Part shown: positions 8,341-17,834 of the stretch, piece by piece
How the letters are laid out: each line of letters begins with the position of its first letter
How positions within the stretch are numbered: the first letter of the stretch is position 1
Assembly (NCBI GenBank): GCA_032128115.1
Contig: JAQBHB010000048.1
Location: 1-50,941, forward strand
Source of the DNA: Deltaproteobacteria bacterium
GTDB lineage: Bacteria; Myxococcota_A; UBA9160; SMWR01
Reading direction: 5' to 3'
Length of the DNA stretch: 50,941 nucleotides
Notes under the pieces: generated by a model
Database searches by the model: none
Told to the model about the DNA's origin: nothing
What the model saw: the letters and a program-made list of their open reading frames with translations, nothing else
Made by a program: the position numbers and the translations under genes

Positions 8341-9369
8341 TCAGTGTTCGTGGCGGTGGTGCAGATCGGGCCAGTGGGGATGTGAGTGCACCAGGGGCTC
8401 GTGCCGGTGCCAATGGGTGTGCCGCGTGTCTGGCGCGTGTTCCGGGTGGACGTGGTCGTGGTGCCCGTCGTCGTGACGGTGGCTGTGGATGTGTTCGATG
8501 GCCTCGTGGCCGTGCAGGTGGCTGTGGCGGGAGGACAGCAGCGCTGCCACGGACACCACCAGGATGGCGCCGGCAAACTGCTGCGGCGGCGACAGCGCCT
8601 CGCCCAGGATCAACAGCGACAGGCTCGCTCCGAAGAAGGGAGCCAGGGCGAACAGGCCCTGGGCCCGGGTGGCGCCCAGCTGCTGGGCCGACGCGATGTA
8701 GAGTGAAATGCTGACCCCGTAGGACAGGGCGCCCACGCACAGGGCGGCGGCGAGGGTGGCCGGCGAGAGGGTGAGCGGCGCCACGGTGGCGCCGATGGCC
8801 AGGTTCACGCAGCCGGCGACAGCGCCCTTCCAGAGTGTGGATCGCTCCGGCGTGACGCCGTCGATCTGGGCGGTCAGGTGGTTGTCGAAACCCCAGCAGA
8901 TGCAGCCGGCGGCCACCAGCAGCCCCGCCGCTGCCCCGGGCCAGCCGCCTCCGCTGGAGAGCAGGACGCCGGCGGCCACGATGCCGGCAACGCCCAGCCA
9001 GCCCGCCCGTGCCAGGGGCTCGCGAAACACCGCGACCCCCAGGGCGGCGGTGGCCGCCATTTCCAGGTTCAGGATCAGCGACACCGAGGCGGCGCTGGCC
9101 CGCTGCAGTCCCATCAGGAGCAGCACCGGTCCGACGATGCCACCCAGGATCACGGCGCCTGCCAGGCGGCGGCGGTTGGCGAGGTCGAGTCGGGCGCGCG
9201 GCTCGCGCCGGCGCGCCATCATGGTCAGGGGCGCCACGCCCAGTGCCGCGCCCAGGTAGAGCAGGCCCGCCAGTTGGAACGGTGACAGGTCTGCGAGCAG
9301 AAGCTTGCTGGCCGGGGTGGAGGCCCCGAAGAGCAGGGCAGAGACGAGCGCCAGGAGGATGCCGTTCAT
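8341..9369 (-). CDS. EamA/DMT-family transporter with His-rich C-terminal tail
   Basis: About 10 hydrophobic segments starting ALLFGASTPASKLLL; tail HSHLHGHEAIEHIHSHRHDDGHHDHVH...HWPDLHHRHEH. Confidence 0.88.
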   Translation of the reverse strand: MNGILLALVSALLFGASTPASKLLLADLSPFQLAGLLYLGAALGVAPLTMMARRREPRARLDLANRRRLAGAVILGGIVGPVLLLMGLQRASAASVSLILNLEMAATAALGVAVFREPLARAGWLGVAGIVAAGVLLSSGGGWPGAAAGLLVAAGCICWGFDNHLTAQIDGVTPERSTLWKGAVAGCVNLAIGATVAPLTLSPATLAAALCVGALSYGVSISLYIASAQQLGATRAQGLFALAPFFGASLSLLILGEALSPPQQFAGAILVVSVAALLSSRHSHLHGHEAIEHIHSHRHDDGHHDHVHPEHAPDTRHTHWHRHEPLVHSHPHWPDLHHRHEH

Positions 9370-9394
9370 CCGCGTCTCCCGGCGGAGGCGGGCT

Positions 9395-10600
9395 TCAGCG
9401 GCGATCGGCGCAGCGGGCCGCGGCGCTTCCGATGCGCACCATTCGCAGATCTCCGAAGGGCGTCCCGATTCCGCTGTTGAGGACCATGGCCACGGCGAGC
9501 TTGCGATCCGGATCGGCCCAGGCGCCGGAGCCCCCGAACCCGAAATGTCCGAAGCCGGAGGGCACCTTGGCGCGCATCGTGGGCACGCGGTGGTAGCCCA
9601 GTCGCCAGTGCATGGGGAATGGAATCACGCGACCGATCCCGCGGTTCTGGACCTCGGTGGCTCGGCGCAGGGTCTTCCGCGACAGCAGACGCACGCCGTC
9701 CAGGGCTCCCCCGTTGGCGAGTGCCGCGTAGAGCTTCGCCAGGGACCGGGCGCTGAAGGTGCCGTTGGCCGCGGGGATCGGGACTGACACGAACTCGTCC
9801 GAGTCGAAGTCCACTCCTTCCATGTCGCGCGGAACCATGGCAGCGGCCAGTTGTGACAGATCCAGCGGCGCGCGCGTGAATCGGAGAGCGCGGTGCAGGG
9901 GCCCGGCAAGCTTCTCCACGCGGCGCTGGTCCGGCGCCCAGCGCGGGAGACCGAGCAGGGCGGCGTTTGCCTTGCGGTGTCGCTGATCCTCCGGGAGTCC
10001 GATGTACAGGCCGTCGAGGTCGAGAGGTTTTGCGATCTCGGTGGCGAGTGCTTCCTGGAACGACATGCCGCTGGTGCGCTGGATCAGCTCGCCGACGAGC
10101 CATCCCCAGGTGAACGCGTGGTATCCGTGGGCGGCTCCCGGCTCGTGGGCCGGAAGGCTGTCGGCCAGCGCCTCGGTCATGTAGTTCCAGTCGAGGATGC
10201 GCTGGCCGCAGTCGACCATGCTTCGGATTCCGTAGAGACCCGCCTCGTGACACAGCACGTGGCGAACGGTGATGCGTTCCTTGCCGTTGTTCGCGAACTC
10301 CGGCCAGTGATCCGCCACGAGATCGTCGTAATCCAGCAGGCCCCGGTCCACCAGGATGTGGAGCAGGGTGGCGGCCACGCCCTTGCTGGTGGAGTAGGAG
10401 AGGGAGAGCGTATCGGCTTCCCAGGGTGTCCCCGCGTCGTCACGCGTGCCGCCCCACAGGTCGACCACCAGCTTGCCGCGGTGATACACGCAGACGGCGG
10501 CGCCGCCGGGCCGCGAGCGGGGGATCTGCCCGGCGAAGATCCTGGCGAGCGCCTGGAAGTCCGGGTGGACGTAACCGTTTACGGGGCTCTGCTTCGCCAT
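9395..10600 (-). CDS. Serine hydrolase, beta-lactamase-related (EstA-like esterase)
   Basis: SxxK (STSK), VVDLWGG, HGYHAFTWGWL, FGHFGFGGSGAWADP. Confidence 0.88.
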   Translation of the reverse strand: MAKQSPVNGYVHPDFQALARIFAGQIPRSRPGGAAVCVYHRGKLVVDLWGGTRDDAGTPWEADTLSLSYSTSKGVAATLLHILVDRGLLDYDDLVADHWPEFANNGKERITVRHVLCHEAGLYGIRSMVDCGQRILDWNYMTEALADSLPAHEPGAAHGYHAFTWGWLVGELIQRTSGMSFQEALATEIAKPLDLDGLYIGLPEDQRHRKANAALLGLPRWAPDQRRVEKLAGPLHRALRFTRAPLDLSQLAAAMVPRDMEGVDFDSDEFVSVPIPAANGTFSARSLAKLYAALANGGALDGVRLLSRKTLRRATEVQNRGIGRVIPFPMHWRLGYHRVPTMRAKVPSGFGHFGFGGSGAWADPDRKLAVAMVLNSGIGTPFGDLRMVRIGSAAARCADRR

Positions 10601-10958
10601 GTCAGCGCGAAATCGCCCAGGCGTGCGGCTCAGCGCCGCATGGGCCATCCGAGTTCGTAGCGTCGGGCGCATCTGAGCCACTATGACTTCCGAGTCGAGA
10701 TAAGCAGCCAGGGGGGAGTCTCAGTGTAACCCGCTCGGCGTTTCGCAGCTTCTCCCTGGTAGTTGCCATCACGGCCATGGGGGGCGGCAATCTGCCCCAT
10801 TCTGGCCACCCTGGGACGTATCGGATGGGCGCGGCCGCGCACTGAGAGTCAAGTGCCCGGCGCCGGGGCCCGCCGGGAGTCGGATCCCTGCCTCCGGGCC
10901 CGAGCCGGCCGGCTTCCGGCGCCTCGCACCGGATTTGGCCAACCCCTATGGTTGGCGC

Positions 10959-12164
10959 GTGCGGCTTCGCTACGACGAACAGACCGAGGCCTTTCGCCGG
11001 GAGCTTCGCGGCTGGCTGCTCGAGAACCAGCCCGACCCGGACGAGATGCGGCGCGAGCCGTGGCTCTCGTCGGCTCACCTGACCCCGTGGGCGCGCGAGT
11101 GGCAGCGCCGGCTGTTCGACGCCGGCTGGCTGGTGCCGGGGTGGCCCCCGGAACTCGGCGGCCGGAACGCGACGCCCATCCAGCAGCTGGTGTACTTCGA
11201 GGAGTTCGCCCGCATTCCCGCCATGCGCTCCTACAACGTGCAGGGCCTCACGATCATCGCGCCCTCGATCCGCGACTACGGAAACGAGGCGCAGCTCGAG
11301 GGCTACCTGCTGCCCACCCTGCGCGGCGAGGTGTCGTGGTGTCTGGGCATGAGTGAGCCGGGGGCGGGCAGCGATCTCGCCGGGCTCGCAACGCGCGCGA
11401 TCCTGGAAGACGACACCTTCGTGGTGAACGGGCAGAAGGTCTGGACCTCGGGAGCCGCGCATGCGGACTTCTGCTTCTGCTTCGTGCGCACGGATCCGGA
11501 GGCCCCGAAGCACCGGGGCATCAGCGTGTTGATCCTGGACATGCAGACTCCCGGAATCCAGGTGCGACCACTTCCCGAACTCACGGACCCTGCGCGTGCT
11601 GACTTCAACGAGGTGTTCTTCGAGAACGTGGAGGTCCCTCGTGAGAACCTGGTGGGCGAATTGAACTGCGGATGGTCCATCACCACCGGCTCCCTGGCCC
11701 ACGAACGGGGCATGCTCTGGACCAGCCAGGTGGCGCGTCTGGAGCAGAAGATCGACGACCTGATCGGCATGGGCGACCGACCGGCGCCGGGGGGCGGACG
11801 CCTGGGCGACGACCCGCGTTTTCGGGATCAGGTGGCGGCGCTCTACGTGGAGAGCCAGGCGCTCAAGTTCATGGGCTACCGCGGCTTTGCCAAGGTGGCG
11901 CGCGGGCGTGCCTCGCCTGAGCACTCGGTGATGAAGCTCCTGGGGAGCGAACTCGAGCAGCGGCTGTGCCTGACGGCCATGGAGGCTCTCGGCCCGGCGG
12001 GTCTCGACGTGGCCTTCGAGCGCCACGCGTACGACGAAACCGAGGGCGCGCCGCCGTGGGCGCGTCAGTACCTCTACACCTTCGGCAACACGATCGCTGG
12101 AGGAACCTCGGAAATCCAGCGCAACATCATCGCCCAGCGCGTACTCGGACTGCCTCGCAGCTAG
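10959..12164 (+). CDS. Acyl-CoA dehydrogenase family protein
   Basis: WCLGMSEPGAGSDLA, NGQKVWTSGA, FNEVFFENV, TIAGGTSEIQRNIIA. Confidence 0.93.
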   Translation: MRLRYDEQTEAFRRELRGWLLENQPDPDEMRREPWLSSAHLTPWAREWQRRLFDAGWLVPGWPPELGGRNATPIQQLVYFEEFARIPAMRSYNVQGLTIIAPSIRDYGNEAQLEGYLLPTLRGEVSWCLGMSEPGAGSDLAGLATRAILEDDTFVVNGQKVWTSGAAHADFCFCFVRTDPEAPKHRGISVLILDMQTPGIQVRPLPELTDPARADFNEVFFENVEVPRENLVGELNCGWSITTGSLAHERGMLWTSQVARLEQKIDDLIGMGDRPAPGGGRLGDDPRFRDQVAALYVESQALKFMGYRGFAKVARGRASPEHSVMKLLGSELEQRLCLTAMEALGPAGLDVAFERHAYDETEGAPPWARQYLYTFGNTIAGGTSEIQRNIIAQRVLGLPRS

Positions 12165-12173
12165 AACGTAGAG

Positions 12174-12262
12174 CGGGGACGGGGTTGACTATTGACTTTT
12201 TGACGGGAACGACGGCTTCGCGGACACGGCGCCCAAAAAGTCAATAGTCAACCCCGTCCCCG
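12174..12262. repeat. Perfect 29-bp inverted repeat with 31-nt spacer between convergent genes (REP/MITE-like element or bidirectional terminator)
   Basis: cggggacggggttgactattgactttttg (12174-12202) is the exact reverse complement of 12234-12262. Confidence 0.9.
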
Positions 12263-12267
12263 TCTTC

Positions 12268-13386
12268 CTAGATCCCGAGTGCGTCCGCGATGCGCATGCG
12301 GTGGAAGGCGCTGGTGCCCAGCAGGGCTTCGCCGGTCTTGGCGCGCTTGACGAACAGGTGGACGTCGTGTTCCCAGGTGAAGCCGATGCCACCGTGGATC
12401 TGGATGCCTTCCTTGGCCAGCATGCGCTGGCAATCTCCGGCGGCCACCTTGGCCATGCTCGCGGCCAGCGCGCGGCGCTCGTCGTCTTCGGCGATGGCCA
12501 TGGCGGCGAAATAGCCCGTCTCCCGCGCTTTTTCGATGGCGGCGAACATGTCTGCGAATTTGTGTTGGATTGCCTGGAAGGAGCCGATGGGACGCCCGAA
12601 CTGTTCCCGGTGCTTCGCGTACTCGAGAGTGATGTCGAACAGGCGTTGGCAGGTTCCCACCGTCTCCAGGGCGATCGCGACGGTGGCCTCTTCCAGGGCG
12701 CGTGTCAGCGCCGGCGCGCACGCGCCCGGGATTCCCAGCACGCGGTCGGCGGCGACCCGCACCTCGTCGAACTCGAGCGTCGCGATCGGCCGGGTGGCGT
12801 CCAGGCTCTCCAGTCGCTCGCACTTGGCGGCGCTTCCGGGCACCACGAACAACCCGACGCCGTCGCCCTGGTCCACGTGGGCGGACACTGCGATCTCGTC
12901 GGCCGCGTCGCCGTCCATTACGAAGGGCCGCACCCCCTGCAGGATCCAGTCGTTGCCATCGCGGCGGGCGCATACGGCGTCGTCGCCGGGCAGGCAGCTG
13001 CCGGCGGAGTTCGCCGCAGCCAGGGCGCCCGCGGCGTGGCCCGCCACGGTTGCCCCCAGGAATCGCTCGTGCTGTTCGTCGTTGCCCGCCTCGCGCACGG
13101 CGGGAACGAATTGGGTGACGGTGGCCAGGAAGGGCCCTGGCGCCAGGGCGCGACCGTGCTCCTCCACCACCAGGGCGAGCTCCACGAACCCCAGGCCGAG
13201 TCCGCCGAAGCGCTCGGGCACCGCGATGCCGGCCCAACCCAACTCGGTGGCGCTTCGCCACGGCTGATCCGCGACCGTCCCCTTCTCCACGCGCTCGCGC
13301 ACCAGGGCGAGCGGGCACTCCTGCTCGAGGACCGAGCGCACCGAGCTGCGCAGCTCTTCCTGGTCGTCGCTGATGTCGAAGTCCAT
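12268..13386 (-). CDS. Acyl-CoA dehydrogenase family protein
   Basis: MDFDISDDQEEL, REQFGRPIGSFQAIQHK, IQIHGGIGFTWEHD. Confidence 0.93.
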   Translation of the reverse strand: MDFDISDDQEELRSSVRSVLEQECPLALVRERVEKGTVADQPWRSATELGWAGIAVPERFGGLGLGFVELALVVEEHGRALAPGPFLATVTQFVPAVREAGNDEQHERFLGATVAGHAAGALAAANSAGSCLPGDDAVCARRDGNDWILQGVRPFVMDGDAADEIAVSAHVDQGDGVGLFVVPGSAAKCERLESLDATRPIATLEFDEVRVAADRVLGIPGACAPALTRALEEATVAIALETVGTCQRLFDITLEYAKHREQFGRPIGSFQAIQHKFADMFAAIEKARETGYFAAMAIAEDDERRALAASMAKVAAGDCQRMLAKEGIQIHGGIGFTWEHDVHLFVKRAKTGEALLGTSAFHRMRIADALGI

Positions 13387-13442
13387 GGCCGGTGCCCATC
13401 CTATCCCAGTTCGTATCCGCAACCCGCGCTAGCCTGGGAGCC

Positions 13443-14045
13443 ATGGCGGGGGAATACGCCGCGCGCACGCCTGGCCGTGGCCCCGGAGCCCGGACTTCCG
13501 GTTCCGAGGACTGGGGCGTGGTGCTGACGGAGCTGGTCGAGGGCGACCGGGTGGCCTTCCTCCAGTTCAACCGGCTGGTGACGGGCTTCCTGGCCCAGCT
13601 TCGCGCCTACGACTTCCGCGACGAATGGGACGACCTGCGCCAGGAGGTGCTGATCTCGGTGGTCGCAAACGCTCGCGCCGGAAGGCTTCGCGACCCGAAG
13701 GCCTTCGTGGGATACGTGAAGATCATCACGCGCAACAAGTTCATGGATCGTCTCAAGCGGCAGCTTCGCCACTCGGAGAAGGAGACGCTGCCCTGGGACG
13801 ACGAGACCGCGCGCGCGGCCGCCGTTTCCGAAGGGCGCGTCGACGACGCGCCGTCGGACGCGTGGTCGGAGGTACGCGAGCTTCCCGAAGACGAGCAGCG
13901 GATCCTGGAGGGGCTCTATGTAGAGGGCAAGACCTACCAGGAGGTGAGTGACGACACCGGGATCCCATTGGGGACGCTGAAGCGGCGTCTGCGCGCGAGC
14001 CTGACGGAGCTGCGCAGCCGGCTCTCGGGGGAGAAGGGCCGGTGA
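13443..14045 (+). CDS. ECF-type RNA polymerase sigma factor
   Basis: Region 2 (DDLRQEVLISV...IITRNKFMDRLKR) and region 4 (EGKTYQEVSDDTGIPLGTLKRRL). Confidence 0.88.
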   Translation: MAGEYAARTPGRGPGARTSGSEDWGVVLTELVEGDRVAFLQFNRLVTGFLAQLRAYDFRDEWDDLRQEVLISVVANARAGRLRDPKAFVGYVKIITRNKFMDRLKRQLRHSEKETLPWDDETARAAAVSEGRVDDAPSDAWSEVRELPEDEQRILEGLYVEGKTYQEVSDDTGIPLGTLKRRLRASLTELRSRLSGEKGR

Positions 14046-14111
14046 TCCGATGACGGCCGATTGCAAGACCTACCTTCCGGGGGCCGGAATCTCCGGAGAG
14101 CGGGAGTGCGC

Positions 14112-15284
14112 ATGAGCTGCCGCCGGGCGTTCGAGATCGACCTGGCCGGGTTCCTGGAGGATTCGCGGGCGGACGCGTTTGCCGATTTCCGGGATCACTA
14201 CCCGCGCTGCCCGGAGTGCTCGGCGGAGCTGGGAGCCTGGAGCGAACTCGAGTTGCAGCTGCGCGCGAGGGGCCTTGCCCAGCATCCCGACCCGGAACAT
14301 CTGGCCCGCTTCCCCGGCGGCGTGGACGCGCACGAGCGCGCCCGGGTCGAGCGCCACCTGGCGGACTGCGCCGCCTGCCGCGACGAGCTGCGCGGCCTCG
14401 AGGCCTTCGTGCCCGCGAGCCTTCCCGGCGCGAGCGCCCGGGCGGGGGCGACGAGCGGCAGCCGCGTGCGCGCCGGGTGGGCTCAGCTGGGTCGCCTGGC
14501 CTGGAGCCCCGGCTTCGCCTACGCGGCGCTGGCACTGGTGTTGATTCCCACGATCTACGACGCGCTGGATTCGGAGCCTGTGGTGTTCTCGGACTCGTGG
14601 TCGCCGAGCGTGCAGAGCGAGATGGGCGTGCCGGCGTTCGGTGCCAAGGACGACGTGGAACAACGCATACGCGCGGCCCGAAAGCCCGCGGCGCGGGCGC
14701 CGGCCCCGGCGCGCGAGCTCGCGGAAATGAAGCTCGAGTCCGCGCCTGCAGCGGTGGAGGAGCTCCGCTTGGCTGCCGATCTCGACCTGCAAGAGAGCGA
14801 AGCCCGGGCTGCGGGTGCAGGCATCGCCCGCCCGGAGCCGCCGAGCCCCATGCAAAACGCCGCGCCGGTCGCCGGGTATGCCGCCCCGGCGCACAAGGAG
14901 CTTCGCACCGACGCGCCCGGGGCGGGCCTTCTGTCCAGGTCGAGTGCACTGGGTAGGTCGTCGCCGGAGCCGGTTCGCCTGAGCGAGGACAGCCCGGTGG
15001 AGATCGACGCGGCGATCGCCGCACGCGGTTTCCGGTTGACGGCGCCGCTTCCGCGCGGCCTCGCTTCCGGCGAGATCGAGATCCGCGTGAGCGACGCCGC
15101 GTCGCGTCGCGAGCTGCTGGAACGGATTCGGATCGCTCCGGGGCAGACACAGGCCGAACTCGAGGTCCCCGCGCGTTGGATGGTTGCGGGGACCTATCTG
15201 GTGACGATTCGCGAACTCCGCGCGCCGGAGGACGAAGTTTCCCCGGCGGTCTACGTGCTGCGGCTCGTGAATCGCGCTCCCTGA
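14112..15284 (+). CDS. Zinc-binding anti-sigma factor with two HxxxCxxC motifs, TM helix and extracytoplasmic domain
   Basis: HYPRCPEC and HLADCAAC; TM segment GFAYAALALVLIPTIY; directly downstream of the ECF sigma. Confidence 0.75.
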   Translation: MSCRRAFEIDLAGFLEDSRADAFADFRDHYPRCPECSAELGAWSELELQLRARGLAQHPDPEHLARFPGGVDAHERARVERHLADCAACRDELRGLEAFVPASLPGASARAGATSGSRVRAGWAQLGRLAWSPGFAYAALALVLIPTIYDALDSEPVVFSDSWSPSVQSEMGVPAFGAKDDVEQRIRAARKPAARAPAPARELAEMKLESAPAAVEELRLAADLDLQESEARAAGAGIARPEPPSPMQNAAPVAGYAAPAHKELRTDAPGAGLLSRSSALGRSSPEPVRLSEDSPVEIDAAIAARGFRLTAPLPRGLASGEIEIRVSDAASRRELLERIRIAPGQTQAELEVPARWMVAGTYLVTIRELRAPEDEVSPAVYVLRLVNRAP

Positions 15285-15341
15285 GCGCCTGGTCGTCCTC
15301 GTACGGGAACGACACTTGAGTGGGAAACCCGGACGTTGGAT

Positions 15342-15647
15342 TCAGGGTCGTTCGGCCGCTTCCCGGGGCGGCTGGTCCGGGATCTCGAGATCCCGGAGGA
15401 TCTCGACGGTCTCGGGCGTCAGGGTCGCGATCTCGACCCCGCTCACGTGCATGGCGGTATTGAGCGAATTCTGGGAGTTCTCGGCGTCAACCACGGGAAG
15501 GATCTGCGGGCTGCGCGGGGCGGGCTTCGGCCGGACTGCGCGTTCGGCCAGGATCGGCCCGGCGCTCGCGGCGCCCGCGCTGCCGATCATTCCCAGGACG
15601 GCAAGTGCAACCAAGATGCGCATCACGGCCATGAGCCTCCCACTCAC
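15342..15647 (-). CDS. Small exported hypothetical protein
   Basis: Signal-peptide-like MRILVALAVLGMIGSAGAASA. Confidence 0.5.
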   Translation of the reverse strand: MSGRLMAVMRILVALAVLGMIGSAGAASAGPILAERAVRPKPAPRSPQILPVVDAENSQNSLNTAMHVSGVEIATLTPETVEILRDLEIPDQPPREAAERP

Positions 15648-15919
15648 CTGTCGGACCTATCGGCTCGGGGGCTCGCCCGATGAAGCACGGTCCCGTGATG
15701 GGCTCCCCCCATGGCCGACTGCGCCGAGGTCGAAGACGCGCGAAAGCTTCCGGGCCTGCGCCTGGCGCTCACGGCCGGGAGGGGGCCGGGCCCTGGGGCA
15801 TCGCCTGACCGCCTTGGACCCCGCCCTGCTGGAGCATCGAGACGGCACGTACCAGAACCATCTGGAGTTGGCGGTCGACGTGTGAGATTCTGTGGCCCGG
15901 TTCGGAAAAGGAGTTTCGC

Positions 15920-16972
15920 ATGCGCAAGTTCATCCTGCCGGTCACCCTCGCCAGCCTGACCCTCGGCTGCTCCACGGCCCTTCCGCCCGAGCGGCCCGTG
16001 CCGACCTCGCCCTTCGCGTTCGCTGCCAACGAACGGCTGGCCGTGGACTACGTCTACATCCTCACCGATGGGTCGGGCACCATGTGGGCCGAGAAGACCT
16101 TCCCGGCCGCCAAGGCCCAGACCCAGGCGTTCGTGGCCGCCATGCCCGAAGGCGACTACTCGGCCGCGGCGGTGGGCTTCGGGGGCGACGATCGCGCCGT
16201 GGCGCCGCTGCTGCGCTTCGATCGCGCCGAGCTCGTCGCCGAGGCGGATGCCCTGAGCGTGATGGGTGCTCTCGATGGCCGCGGCGGACTGACCCCCCTG
16301 CACGACGTGTTCGGCGAGGTCGCCGCGTCCCTGGAGGGCAGGGCCGGCGACGTGGCGATCGTGCTGTTCAGCGACGGCCAGCCGGACCAACCCGAACTCG
16401 CCATGGCGACGGCGGCGATTCTGACCGAGACCCAGCCCGGCAGTGTCTGCTTCCACAGCGTGCAGGCGGGCAGCGATCCGGAGGGCGAAGCCTTCCTGCG
16501 CGGCCTCGCCGCACTGGACGATTGCGGCAGCTTCCGCACTGGCGGCGATCTGGAAACGCCGAGTCAGTTCAGCGTCTTCTCGCGCCAGGTCTTCGCCGGA
16601 GAGCTTCCGCCGGTGGGAGCCGGCGATCCCTGCACCGGCAATCTGCGCCTTCCGGACGTGGAGTTCGAATTCGATCGCGACCGGCTCACACCCGAGAGCG
16701 AACAGATCCTGGGCCGAGCGGCCAGTCGGCTGGCGGAGTGCGAAATGATGCCGATCCAGGTCGACGGGTACACCGATTCCGTCGGAGCGCCCGAGTACAA
16801 CCTGGGTCTCTCGGAGCGTCGCGCCGAGTCGGCGCGCCGATTCCTGATCCAACAGGGCATCGAACCCGATCGTCTCACGACCCGCGGCTTCGGCTCGAAC
16901 GACCCGCTGGCGCCCAACGACACGCCGGAGGGTCGCGCTGCCAACCGCCGGGTCGAGTTGCACCCTCGCTAG
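15920..16972 (+). CDS. OmpA-family lipoprotein with vWA-like domain
   Basis: Lipobox LTLGC; MIDAS-like DGSGTM and LFSDG; C-terminal GYTDSVG..YNLGLSERRA..GRAANRRVE. Confidence 0.88.
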   Translation: MRKFILPVTLASLTLGCSTALPPERPVPTSPFAFAANERLAVDYVYILTDGSGTMWAEKTFPAAKAQTQAFVAAMPEGDYSAAAVGFGGDDRAVAPLLRFDRAELVAEADALSVMGALDGRGGLTPLHDVFGEVAASLEGRAGDVAIVLFSDGQPDQPELAMATAAILTETQPGSVCFHSVQAGSDPEGEAFLRGLAALDDCGSFRTGGDLETPSQFSVFSRQVFAGELPPVGAGDPCTGNLRLPDVEFEFDRDRLTPESEQILGRAASRLAECEMMPIQVDGYTDSVGAPEYNLGLSERRAESARRFLIQQGIEPDRLTTRGFGSNDPLAPNDTPEGRAANRRVELHPR

Positions 16973-16998
16973 CGCGAGGTGCGATTCGCGGCGCGGCG

Positions 16999-17571
16999 GT
17001 GGAACGCGAGATCCTGATCACGGGCATCGGAGGTCAGGGTGTCCAGCTCGGGGCGAAGCTCCTGGCGCGCGCTGCGGCGCTGGAGGGCCGGGACGTCCTG
17101 ATGTTCGGCTTCTACGGCGGCGCCATGAGGGGTGGCAATACCGAATCCAGCCTGGTGGTGGCAGACGTTGCGATTACGTCGCCGCCGATCCTGGCGCGCG
17201 CGTGGTCGGCGATCGCCATGCACCACGAGTTCTGGGAGCCCATGCGAGCGAAGCTTCAGCCGGGCTCGGTGGTGGTGGTGAACTCGAGCCTCTTCGAAGG
17301 CGAGCTCGATCGCGACGCCCATCGGGTCTTCGAGATTCCCGCCAACCGGGTGGCTTCCGACCTGGGAAGCCCGCTGGCTGCGTCCATGGTGTTGATCGGC
17401 GCCTACGCCGGGCTGACCGGACTGGTGGCCTTCGAGTCCCTGGCCGCCGTCATGGAGGGGACCCTGCCGCCCTACCGGCGACAGCACGCGCCCACCAACG
17501 TGAAGGCCCTGCGGGCGGGCTTCGATGGGGTGCCCCATGGAGAGGTGCCCGCGTGGGAGACGCCGGCGTGA
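16999..17571 (+). CDS. 2-oxoacid:ferredoxin oxidoreductase gamma subunit
   Basis: ILITGIGGQGVQL, YGGAMRGG, NVKALRAG. Confidence 0.88.
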   Translation: MEREILITGIGGQGVQLGAKLLARAAALEGRDVLMFGFYGGAMRGGNTESSLVVADVAITSPPILARAWSAIAMHHEFWEPMRAKLQPGSVVVVNSSLFEGELDRDAHRVFEIPANRVASDLGSPLAASMVLIGAYAGLTGLVAFESLAAVMEGTLPPYRRQHAPTNVKALRAGFDGVPHGEVPAWETPA

Positions 17572-17834
17572 GCGACGCGGGCCTTCTGAGCCGTGGCACC
17601 GTCACGATCGCCCGCGAGCGCTGCAAGGGCTGCGAGTTGTGCATCCCCGCCTGCCCGCCCGGCGTGCTCGAGATGTCCAGCCAGGCGAACGGCGAGGTGA
17701 ACGAAATGGGTTTCCGTTATCCGGAGCTCCGACCCGGGTGCACGGGCTGCAGTGCCTGTCTGCTGGTCTGCCCGGATTTCGTCTTCGAGGTCTACCGCTA
17801 CGAGACGCCGGTGGATCACGAGGTCTCCCCGTGA
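17568..17834 (+). CDS. 2x[4Fe-4S] ferredoxin (delta subunit)
   Basis: CKGCELCIPACP and CTGCSACLLVCP; GTGA overlaps at both ends. Confidence 0.9.
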   Translation: MSDAGLLSRGTVTIARERCKGCELCIPACPPGVLEMSSQANGEVNEMGFRYPELRPGCTGCSACLLVCPDFVFEVYRYETPVDHEVSP

